A stretch of DNA of 63,886 nt, filler included, from Streblomastix strix (Eukaryota): NCBI GenBank assembly GCA_008636045.1. It is 2 parts of 2 records of this genome, joined end to end, with 100 filler letters (N's around TTAATTAATTAA, not from the genome) between each part and the next. Parts side by side here need not be neighbours in the genome. Positions count along the whole stretch, not along the records: positions 1 to 31,908 come from SNRW01000073.1; 1 more part is not named here. One strand, given 5' to 3'. Below, piece after piece: positions 1 through 12,246 of the stretch (within the stretch, counting starts at the first letter, position 1; every line of letters starts with the position of its first letter). The notes beneath the pieces are model-generated. The model was given only the letters and a program-made list of their open reading frames with translations. It had not been told where the DNA came from and ran no database searches. Both the position numbers and the translations under genes were made by a program.

Positions 1-3000
1 ACATTCTACAATCATATAGATGCAAGAAAGAACAATAGTTGATACATAAGAGATGTTTGTTGCAATATTTTCTGTACTGATATGTGTATATAGGTTACCA
101 TACAATTCTGCATGTTTCTGTAATGAATGTTTGAAAATTCTTAAGAATAGAAAAGAAATAAGATATGTAGATTGCAAGTACAATTATATGATTTGCTTCT
201 GGACTGCTTATAGTTTTATTGTCATGCCTGATAGAAAAGGTAAGTTTCAACCCCCTACTTCACGTGTTGCATTAGCTAGGAAGGAATTATTTAAGTATTA
301 TAATATCAAAAGGTAAGATTAGCATAAGTTCCTCATTAATTATCCTGGCTTTGACTTTGCAACTGATGCTGAAGAGATATCTCGAAGATTGAATTTAAAC
401 ATAAACATATATCAATATATCGGTATTGATGAGAGTAACGATATTTAAAACCCTTTCTATTAATTGCTTTGTAGTTACCACAACATTATAATCAATGATG
501 AAGGTGAAGAAATTAATAATGATCCTGAAGAATAACCTCGTGAGTTCAACATCTTATTAGTTGCTGATGATTGCGGTAATTCTCATTTCATGTATATTGC
601 TGATGTTAATGGATTACTAGGGATAAAAATATGCCCAATATGCAAAGTTCATGCTATCCCTGCACATATTAAATACGGACATGTAAAACGAAAAATGGAC
701 GCACACATGAAGAGATGTAAGGGGAACTAACATTTATTATTGGAAAATGCACATTTAAAGCTTGAATATGACGGATAGATCATTAAGAGAGTTGTATTGG
801 AGAACTATTCAAAGCCATATGCACCTCGTATACTGTAAAATAAATCATTTAAATATTTATTAGCAAACAATCGTGTTAATGAGTTAAAACCAATAAAATT
901 CTATATAACTTACAAGTTCTTCACTTTGGATAGAAAAGTTAATAGAAAATGTGGTGAATTCTCATTTCAACATGCAAATCTTGAGCCGTTATGTGTAGCT
1001 TCAACAATGAAAACTAAGAAAGAAATAAAAACAATCTATTTTGATAATAGTACTGTAAATTTTATTGACGAATGGTTAAAATTGTTGTTTGAAGAAGCAA
1101 AACAAGTGAAATTTGATAATAAATATCATGGTGAGAATATTCCACAGTGTTTTGATGTTCCGGTATTAGGATGGGATTCATCAAAGTTTGATACATCGTT
1201 GATCTTTAGAAATCTGCATTCAAATCAGTATGTAATTTCAAAATATATTGGTTCTGGAGCACATCCCAAGTAAATCGTTGTAAGAAACAAAGAGAATTCA
1301 GTTACATTGAAGTTTATTGATGTAAAATAGTACCTAGCTCCAAATATAGAATATGATGCATTCATCAAAGATATCGGTAAAGTTGTATTGAGTAAACCAG
1401 TATTTACCAGAAGAATATCTCAATTGTGACAATTATTAGACAGAATAAGACATACTAGAAGCATTTCAAATGTAATCTTTCATAAATCGGCTCAAGAATT
1501 CATCAATCAGTAATAGTGAATACAATAATTACATAAAGATGTCTGAATCATTTGTTTCGAGATAGGATTACATGAGACATTGTATTGAATAAGATACTTA
1601 GATGATGTTACATCCAATTGATAATATGATGAACTTCTATTTCGAATTCAAGGTTGATATACTACTTAATACATCACTTGCTAAGAATTCGTGTTAAGTG
1701 AAGTATTCATTTGTTTATAAGGATTTTGATCTATATGAATCGTATAACGATGTAATTTCAGATTCACAAGATCCAAAAGATGATGATGCAACTCCGTTGC
1801 TGAAGGCTACGTTTGAAGTTAAATAATTCATTCTAACTCCATAATACTGGTAACTGAAAGTGAATGACTATAATGAATAAGATAAAAGATAAAAAAGAGA
1901 TAGAAAACAAAATATTACTATAAAAGATTATCAATATTTTAAGAAACTATTCATTACTCATACTTGTCATATGACCTAATCTAGATTCAATTACAAAAAC
2001 AAGCCTACTCTTGATCGGATAGACAATAATAAAGCTCACACTAAAGCAAATGTTTTGCCATGTTGCTTATATTGTAATAAATATGCAAGTAATAGAGATA
2101 AGATTGAAGCTAGATTGATGATATAATTAAGAAGATTTGCATTGAAATATGGCTTAATAATGATAATTTCAGATTAATAAGTATATAAACTATGCGGAAG
2201 AGATCATACAGGAGGCATTTCATATGTAACTCACAGAGAAAACATAGCTGGTGAAACTAAGATCAATAAATTCAAATATGACAAATATTCTAACTCTGTT
2301 CATTCATTTGATTTACCACATATGATGAATCATGTATATTCATTAGATTTCAATAGTTTATACGCATCTGTGATGAGTTCTGAACAACATTAATCAATAC
2401 CATATATGAATCATCGTTTATATATGCCTGGATATTTACTTGAAAGAATAGACAATGATCAACAACGAATGAGAAATATCAACTTTAACGAATATCGATT
2501 CAGTTCTGATGAGTAAATAATAGACAAGCATGTACAATTATTCATAACAGAAGTTAAAGCACATATTCATGAAGATTACATCAATGATTAGATTGATTTG
2601 CCAGTGATATGGAGAAATCTCACAATATCAACAAATGGATAAGATATAGGAAAATACACATATAAGTAATTGATTGATAATGAAATGTAACACGATATAC
2701 AAGAAAGAAAACTTACGATGCTATCGTCTACTCTTGGCTAATTTATGTCATTTAGTAATTACTATTTGTGGTGATTGATAGATCGCTTTCATTTGATTAT
2801 TGATGAGATTAGATGTGTAACAACGTTTTCCAAGCACAGCTAATTTAATGAATCCGTGAACATATTTGTGAATAGAAGATGTAAAGCAATATAAGAAGGA
2901 AATTAATCAATGAATTAGTTATGTAAGCTAACTTTGAACACATCATTTGGCTACGATTCCTTAAATACAGAAAAATACTAAATTATAAAATTGTGCAATA

Positions 3001-3737
3001 AAGACAATATTAGACAAACCCATTTGCTTGAAAAGTTTGTTTCAGAAAAATAACTATCAGAAAATTTATATGCAGTTCAATTATAACCTTACAATTGCTC
3101 TTGCTGGACTCCACTATAAGTAGCTTTTTTTACTATGGACAATGCAAAGTATTATTATTTAAATACATATTATAATTTTATTACTCCATGCTTGGATATG
3201 AATAGAATTCATTATATCTACGGAGATACAGATAGTATGTGCTTTGCTGTTGCAGGTAATGAAGCTGCAGGGATACATTAAGGATTAAAATATGTAATAA
3301 GTGATTAATAATTATATAATGAAACATACTATTAGTTTCTTCCATGGGATGCTGAATCATAAGATGTTTACGATGAGAAAAAAATAAATGTATTAACTGT
3401 TAAAAATGAAGGATCTGCTTGTATTGCACTAGCAGCGAAATGTTATTATATATGTACAGAGCAAGAGCCAATTATTAAATTGAAAGGAATAAATTAGAAG
3501 TAAAATTAAAATATTGATTTTCAAAAAGCATTTCATACCAATATTGATAATAACATTGTAACTACTGTGGAAAACACTTCATTAATACAGAAAAATGGTC
3601 TAGTATCTAGAATAACCTAAAATAAAATAGGAATTTGTGGTGTTAATACGAAAGCAATTGTTTTATAAAATTAATCATGTGCTCTGTATTTACATGGAGT
3701 TCCGGCATGTAATTATGTCATTGATAATGAATTGTGA
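1..3737 (+). pseudogene. Protein-primed family B DNA polymerase (pPolB) of a Polinton-like element, copy 1; 5' end outside window; disrupted
   Basis: With TAR=Gln: ExoII-like GWDSSKFD (~1170-1192), DHTGGIS, motif A YSLDFNSLYASVM (~2337-2375), motif B KLTLNTSFGYD (~2925-2957), motif C YIYGDTDSM (~3213-3239), stop TGA 3735-3737. Frameshift near 1405, in-frame TGA at 2772, ExoI degenerate (TYKFFT instead of YDFET). Confidence 0.9.
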
Positions 3738-6117
3738 TATTAATAAAAAAATTAACATATTCTTGATGGGATTAAGAGCCTGCGAAGCTCGACGCCACGA
3801 ATGTGGTTGATTTTCGAAGTATTATTCAAAATTTCATGGATTTCAGCTGGTAAAGTTCAATATATTAGTTGTATCGATCGTATATTAGAAATATATGAAT
3901 AAATATATACAAATTGGTATTACAACTACAATATTATTGAATAAACATAGGAAATCACAAAAAATTATAAAAATAAATTCTATATTGCAGCTTGATCACT
4001 GGATTTTGATCAGATCCGGATCGAATCGCACAATTTCAGAAAAATATTTATTTGTATTTATGCGTACGAATATGCAATTCTAAAAGATTTATTTGTGTTT
4101 AACTATGCAAAACTTAATGTATTCTCAATTAATCTTATTAACCCATAATATTATAGATGCAATTGATTTATATTACATGTTGAAGCACCGGTTTCTTTAA
4201 TTTTCATTATTTTCTTTTTTTAAAGCACACTCATTAATTGTGTTTTGAGCGTCAGAATTCTATAATTTTTACTAAAATTGAGTTTCTGAATACAAACGAA
4301 TTGGTATGAAAATAAAAATGCAATTATTACAATCAATATTTAAAATATTCCTTTTATTTGTATATGAATTACTAATTGAACTATTCATTTTATTGGAAAT
4401 GAGATTTTAATACATCGCTCAGAATTGGCAAACAAGTTCATAACCCTGAAGGTGCTTCCACTGATTGGCAGATGGACTACGCTTACAAGACGATAAGTAG
4501 TTCCCTAGTCCAGCCCAGAAACCCCTAATTGTGCTTATTAGGGGATGGATGTAATTGAGAAGGGAATAATTTGTTATATAAGCTTGAACTACGCGAGCTT
4601 TTCGATACGACGTTCAATAATGAATATTTAAACGATGGAGTCACGTATGATTTAGTAATTGAAATTTGAAAGTTACTGTTTAAGTTGACTTATTCTCTGT
4701 TAACTATATTTCACTTTTTTCTTTGTTTTATTATATTCTATTATATATCCATCATCAGATTCTGTTTCGGAATTAGATAATGATTATTCGTCGTATTCAA
4801 TCTACTCTGATGTTAACTAACGCCTGTAAACAGGTTACGCTCTACTACTCTTTAGAGCGCTCACTTTGTGAGTACATGGTGATGAGCTTACATTGCGACC
4901 TTCCGGACTGCCAAACTCCATTCGGTCTTTATCTTAGATTGTATTTTGCTAAAAGGTGTGTATTACTTTCTAATTCGCTTCAATCTTAAGTAATCCATCT
5001 TGTTGTACTAAAGCAATTGTAGACGAAGCATGGCCCAAGAGATAATTTATCACAAAGTCACCTTCAATAGCAGAAAACCCGATTCGTAAGCTTCTTATTT
5101 ATTCTGCTTTCGGTATGATTCCTTTTTTTTAATTGTATTTTCGAAGGTTACGTAACTTAAGTTGATATTTATAGACATATTTTGACAAACTACTGTGTTT
5201 TCTGCACATTTATTGTACTAAGTTACTACTCTTCATTTGTAATTCTTGTTGCTTAATGTTCCTTTTGAAAATTCAACTTCACAATCAGTTTAGATGCATG
5301 GAGATTGCCTTATTCTTCTTCTAACTGCAGATATGGCACTAATTTGCAATATGAATCTGGTATGAATCCAGATTAGATAATGGATTCCAATGTTGAAAAG
5401 TTGTTCAACTAATCATTTGATAACTATTCTTCAATTAAATGGTCCATAAATTACTGAATCGCACCACATCTTGAAAATTCTTGTCTATATGCGCATTTAC
5501 TACATTATATTAAATAAACTCAATAAAAACAATTACATTTTCTTAATATTTTAATATTTTTTATACTGTAACCCATATAAAATTAGAAATTTTATGCACA
5601 TTCTCGCCTTGATGTAGTGGAGTTATTGATTTTAATTGTTCAATCTGTGCATAATTTGCATTTAATTCAAATTAAGCTGTAATTGATGATGATAAAGCAC
5701 AAAACTTGTTCTGAAACAACAAAGCAAAGTGAAAAATTGTAACAAATTTTAAGCAAACTCGATTTAATCTGTCATCAATTACAATGCTTTATGATAATAT
5801 ATTCATTAATACTATCATTGGATCAATTTCTTCATTCAATTACATTCCATCTTCAATGTAAGTACCAGAACAGCCTGAAAAATAAAAAATTAGTATAAAT
5901 GAAACAATTGCGAGTGTATTTACTTTTAAACATAGTATCTATGCCATCTGCAATTTCGCTTAGTTATTACGCTATATTTTGATAGTTCAAGAGTTATGCA
6001 TGATGATAAATCATCTTTTACTTTATCAGTAGTTTGAATCAACGCAATTTTACTCAATTATTATAGTTTATCCGTCGTTTATTCATCAATTTTGGTGGCT
6101 TCTGAAATTAGATTGTC

Positions 6118-8080
6118 TCATTTTTTATATGTTGAGAATCAGATTAATCCTGCCAAATCGGATATAAATTCATCAATTCCTTCTCATGAGCTTTGAATCA
6201 TACGTAATAACCATGCAGCATGATCAACAGTTGTTAATAATCGAGATATACTTCCAGGTACTTGCTAATTTATAATATCAAACATGCGTTTAATATATCA
6301 TTCAAAATCAAATTAAGGAATTAATCTCATAAATTCAATTCTACATCGAAGTTATTCATGTGCTGAATCACTAGCTGCACTCATATTTCATTTCAAAGAA
6401 CTTACAATTCCGCCTCCAATTGAACGTTCAACTGCATTTTCCCAATTAATTATACATAATCTCTTCTTATCTGATGTTTATTTACATCTAATTTCATTAT
6501 TATTAACAATCATGAAGTTTGATGGACTCATATCTCGATGATACCATCCATTAATATGTGCCTGTTCAAGTGCTTCTAATACATCAATCATATTTTATTC
6601 ACTTATTTCAAAATCTTCAACATCTGATCCTGAAATCTTTCCAATTCTAACTGAATGAAGAATCATTCCACACATACTTGTAATACGAATTTTTAATTAT
6701 GGAATTGCTCCAATGGTTCTTGGAAGAGTTACTATTTCTGATTTTTGATGTCCTTTTCAAATTCTCTGAAGAATCAATGTCTCTCGAATGAATTCAGATT
6801 CATTTCCGCTGTAGAATTGTTTGATCGCAATATATTCAAATTTTGATGATCTTTCAGATTAAATGATTGATTTTCTTTTATGAACAAAACGATTTAATCC
6901 CTTTTCCAAGTTATTCTTTATTATTCAATTAATATTCATAAATACTATCATTCAATACATCCAAGTTCAAATGAAAATAAGTATCGAAATTATTGAAGGA
7001 ATATTGATCTATAACCTGAATTCTCTCATCCATTATGTTCAATTGCATCTGTGTATGATATAGAAAACTGAATATTCGATCTTCAACATCTCCAGATCTG
7101 GAAATAATTAATTCCAAGAATAAGTTCATATGCATCACAACACCATAGCTATTCTCCAAGTAGTGCTGTCAGATGTCCAACAGCTGAAAGTGCTTATTCT
7201 GCTCTGAATAATTATACATCAATATTGGATCTTTCTGATCTACATTTACTCACACTGATTGGAACACTTTCTATTCCCATTACTAATCCAAATACTTTAT
7301 CTTATTATTCTTTATCCTATTATTATAAACCAATATTTTATGAACAAAGAGAAAGAACAGATTTATCCTCCTTCAATAACTGGGCATCCTTCATCTCCTT
7401 ATTTTCTAACTACTCTTTTACTTATATGTTATATATTCTATGATGTCAGATTAAGTGATTTTTATTTCTTTAATGAATTATTAATCTTATTCTTCTTCAG
7501 TTTATTATTATTCACTGATATCTTTTAATTAGGATCCAAGTATATATTGTATTTATTCATTATTCGAAAGTCTTCCATTTTCATCAGGTCAATCTTAGCT
7601 AAGAAAAGAATTAAGTATTAATGGCTTTGAATGTCATCCTTAAGTTTGTTCATTACTAATTATTTCACAATGTTCAATTCTTTCCATTTTCTACAAATCT
7701 CGAATAATGAATCCAAATAGAGTATAAGATAATGGAATATCATCTGAATTTGATCAATGTGAAGATGATTATGAAGTTTATTTCTTTTTTAATTAATTAT
7801 CTTTAATTACTTTAAGTAAATCAGGAAGAGTTTATCCAAATATAGTCATATTCAGATCAACAGCCGATTCTTCATTTGAAATTCCAATCTTTTTTCTATA
7901 ATCAAATTTGCACAATTATGCAACAGTTTCAGATAATCCTTATTGAATCCAAAATGATGCAGTGTCAGTATCAAGTTCAGTACATGCAGTTTCATCTATA
8001 CTGTGATGTGCAATCCATTCAAGATCATTGCGTTATGCATTGAATGAAGCAAAAATCTTAAGAGGTTGATTTATGAATAT
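6118..8080 (-). pseudogene. Degenerate protein kinase-like gene (FunK1/Crinkler-like kinase with an N-terminal extension)
   Basis: Minus-strand translation gives YIAIKQF...EFIRETLILQ and DVLEALEQAHINGWYHRDMSPSNFMI...LCIINWENA (HRD catalytic loop, DW/DFG-like motif). Many in-frame TGAs and at least one frameshift. The 5' boundary is approximate and the family assignment is tentative. Confidence 0.65.
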
Positions 8081-8719
8081 TGAAGATAGTATTTATGAGA
8101 AAAAATGATGATGATAAAGAAGAGATTAATGTTGTGATTCTTGTAATTGAATTGGATGCGTGCGTAATGAATATATATTTGTTTTGGATTCTTCAATCTA
8201 TTATTTCGATATTGATTAAGTGAATGTGAGAAATTTAAAATTGATTACTAGTATCACATTTGGTAGAGTTGTATCAATTGATTAATTAGATGCAATTAAT
8301 AAAAAAAAATCCATTTTATTCTTTATATTAGAAGAATATGTTTTTAGTATCTAGATGAATTTCAATTTATTATATTTACCTACATAGATCTGATATTAAC
8401 ATTCTTTATTCAAAGGTACAACTATATTGAAATTTTGAGTCCATGATGAAAGGATGAATTATGCAATCTGCTCCAATGCGCGATATCCAACATAATGGTT
8501 TCAAATTTATTCTTATGACAAAAAATCTTTAGAAAATTTTGCATTTCTTCAAATCTCACCTATCCTTCTTCAGTCTGAAATTTGTGCTTTCTTTTGCAGT
8601 TTGGTTAAAATTTTATCGATATGCGATTTGGTGGTCGTGCAGTTGCCAGATTTATATGCGTCTGAAGCAATGAGAGCAAGTTTCAAAATCAGGAAGGTTG
8701 CTTAAGTTATTGATATGGA

Positions 8720-9460
8720 AAAAACCGTTTATTTCATCAGATTTTCCCTAGTTTTTATATTTAGAATCGCACAATAACCCAACAAAATTGCATTTCTGAT
8801 ATTCACATCATTATTCTAATCACTCTTCATTATAACTCCTGCATTCATACACAACTTTGCAAGTAACTCTCCGATATCTCGAGCTCATCGAATTGCTATG
8901 GGTTACAAGAAATTATTTCAAGCCCAATTTTCATCATATATATTCTCTTCATCTCTTTCAATATTTCATTGTGATTCTTCAACATCATCGTCGTTCTTCT
9001 TCTTATTATTATTCTCTTTTCCGGATTTTATTGTACAATTAAATATATATCTTTGTTGATAACATCTTTTCAATTGAAAAGATCTCTCCTATTACTTCAA
9101 AATTTTCTTCTGCAAGAATGCATTTAACCAATTTTGGATCAATTTGGAATTCAGCCGTTCATCGACCAAGTTTAGTTAATTCACTTCGAGAATCCAATGC
9201 TCCTCATTCAAATAGTTCGCCAACTGCTCGCATCATTCATTAGTTTTAAGGAAGAATTACAAAATCAAACTTAATTTGATTATCTATTCCATGTGATTGA
9301 AATAAATTAATATTAAATAAAATAAAGATAAAATAAATAAATTAATAAATATTATTCAATAACCTTCAAAAGCAGATTGATATATGATAAATGGTTCAAC
9401 AGCTAATGCCTCATATTCATATCTTGCTTTTACATATATATTTAAGAGACTAAGCTATCG
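8720..9460 (-). pseudogene. DEAH-box RNA helicase (Prp2/Prp22/Prp43 family) HA2 and C-terminal fragment, pseudogenised
   Basis: Reads QSHGIDNQIKFDFV..., GALDSRSELTKLGR*TAEFQIDPKLVKCILA...EIFSIEKMLS and WA*NNFLQPIAIR*ARDI...NIRNAILLGY, which match the DEAH HA2 region. Several in-frame TGAs and an intron-like AT tract at ~9300-9363. Confidence 0.75.
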
Positions 9461-9885
9461 CAGGTGTCAATATATCAATCAAATATTCCTTCAATTATCA
9501 TAAATAGAAAATGTAGTAAATAAAACAAATAATTTAACTATAAATTATTAACATCAAATGAGAAAAAATCTGTTTTTTTCATGAAAATTTGTTACTAGAT
9601 TATTCATTAAATTTCAATTATAAATAAATTTACTTGATGATTTTTGTGTATAGGTTTGTGATTCATATGCTATTCATAATTAATCGGCTAATTGATAAAT
9701 TTAGAAATAAATTAAATGAATCCAATTAACGAAACCATCATCTATTCTTTTGAATAATTGAAAATTAACTGGCATACAATCTTTAAAGCTATTTGGGAAG
9801 CAGCTATCAAATATGCCTGTGAATAGAAGATTTGTCTGTGAAAAATAAATTTATTTTTGCTTTGCGAAACTTAATCCTATGGTTT

Positions 9886-11845
9886 TCATTGTGGTTTAAT
9901 AGCTCCACGAGCAAGCTTTCCAATAACATCAATATTTTGTACTTATGGGATTGAACTATCAACAGATAAAATTCTAACAAGCGCATCATACAAATATTGA
10001 GTCATTGGAGTAATAAATGCTTTAGTAGGATCAGGTTATGCTATAGTTCCAAAAAAATATTTGAAATCATTTATGTTCTATGACCGACTTATATTAGATG
10101 TGTCAGTAATTCCTATAGTCAAATTTCCTTACAAAATCACATATATATTAGTTTTAAAACCTAGCTTTGAGGTATTAAATCATCTCAAAAATGACTCATC
10201 AATAGCTAATTTCCATGTAAGCATATATTTTTTGGATAAAATGTTCAAATTTCTTTACTTTCACTATACAATGTTGTTAAATAGAATATATTAGATATTT
10301 TGTGTTTATCGGTATTTTATATCCATCAATAGAAATTTTTCTTATCATCAATATTCAGGTTCTTGAATGTAAGTGAATGATATAGATCTGATGAGGCACT
10401 AACTACATCTTAATCAACGAATCAATCAAACATTTATCAATTTATCGCTGAATTTAATGATTTATATGATTATGAGATAACATTATTCTAATCAATGACT
10501 AAATTAATTTCTTAGAAAAATACAGATAAAAACCAATTTGGATATTAGAGCATAGTGAATGTCATAAATAATGCTTTTATATTAGAGAATGTCATAATGT
10601 TTTACATAGATCCACTATTTTTATCAAAACAACTAAATGAAAAGCTTGATGATTATGTTTTAAATATTTATGTAGGAAAGTTAATTATTTTTTGTTATTG
10701 AATCATACTAATTATAGCTTCTTCATTTTCAATATTGAAGCATACGTTCTAGATCTCCAATACATCAAATTTTGCTGTCCCAATTTAACTAATTGAATTT
10801 TGCGGTATGTTGTCACCGATAGCAGCATTCCACATATTTACAATTCATATATTAAATCCCTGATATTCACGAGTCTTATCTACTTTTCCACTATCAGATA
10901 GTAGATAAATAATATCAAGTTTCTCAGGAGGAATCGTATGATAAGCTAAATGGTTATTTTTCACTGCATCATTTTTGTTAAGCCAAACAACCTTCAAATC
11001 TTATAAGAAATCTTATTTCCATAATTCTTGAAGTAATGTGAAATAATTACTAGTAAGAATAGGAAATGAATTAAATATAGGATTTAAATATTTAAGATCA
11101 AGTACTCCACTAAATGTAATATCCTAAGGAATTTTGTAATTGATTGATGTATCAGCAGTTGCAGCATTTGCTTGACTGTCAATTTCACCTAGTGGAATGT
11201 CTATAAATACTCCATAATGACGGTTTCTTTCGATTATATTTTCTAATGATGAAATGTTAACGCTATTTTTTGTGCACAAATCACTAAGAGAATCCCTACT
11301 AATTATAGCTTGTTCTCTTGCATAGTTGCAGATCCCCATAATGCGGTTGCATCTTTCATTAGTTAGAATTTATAGAATATTCCGCACGCAGTTGAGAATC
11401 CAATCTAAAATTACATATGATCTGGCATTTCCCATCCATCAGTTTTTATATCATAATATCCTTATGCAACTTATGACATATTCGTAATTCAATCAGTTGT
11501 TTGATTTTATTTACCATTGAAATTAGTTAATGCGTTTAATTTTTCTGGAGTTTCCCATTAAATAGCTGTTATATTTAATTACTTTGATAATTTGTTTGCT
11601 GGTAATGTAATTGTCTAATTTACCTAACAAGTTTAAACCATTAAACAGGCAGGTTTACCTCCTGCTTCTAATGGTGCTCTAGTATATTTAACTCCACTAG
11701 ATGTAAGTTCAGTTATTGGAGAATCGAATAAATTTGTCTTTGATATTTCAAATGATTGCGGATGGATAGATAATGATTTGAGATCTTCGCCAAGTTACAT
11801 ATATCCACTAACGCAAGAAAATATTATTGGTGATATTCGCACCAT
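9886..11845 (-). pseudogene. Putative major capsid protein (MCP) of a Polinton-like element, copy 1, near full length (~650 codons), degraded
   Basis: Colinear homology with 20964-22160(+) and 23880-24169(-): KYTRAPL, GFSTACG, YAREQAII, RH(Y/C)G(V/I)FIDIP, (T/M)IPPEK, Q/INFPTQ. Multiple frameshifts and TGAs. Capsid identity is inferred from size and context next to pPolB, integrase and ATPase; the fold is not verified. Confidence 0.6.
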
Positions 11846-12246
11846 TTCAAAATCCTAGACAAATCCTATCAATTCATTAGGATCCTACACTTTTAGTACT
11901 TATTACATCATTTTCGATTTTAATAACATACTTATCAATAGTTAATTTACCCATGGATGGGCTGAAACATATTCATATCAATACATTGTCTATAGAAAGA
12001 TAAAACATCATTCTTACTAAGTGACTAGTTTCATCAATTTGAACTACTCATCAAAAGGAGGAGAGTACGGTGATTATCAAAATTAATAATTTGCAATAAT
12101 TACGAATATGACAAGGTATAGATGGTCGAATGAGATAATGAAATAGATGATGTAAAATTAAATCATCAATTATTATCTTAATATTGTTAATTGTTTCCTT
12201 ATCTTATGGTAATTATTTTTTTTCTAGTTTTTTATTATTGTTATAA

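Noticed and set aside
3760..4100. Short palindromes (gatccggatc, atcgatcg) as a terminal hairpin or TIR of the first element
   Set aside because: Too short, and no matching inverted copy was found by eye in the window.
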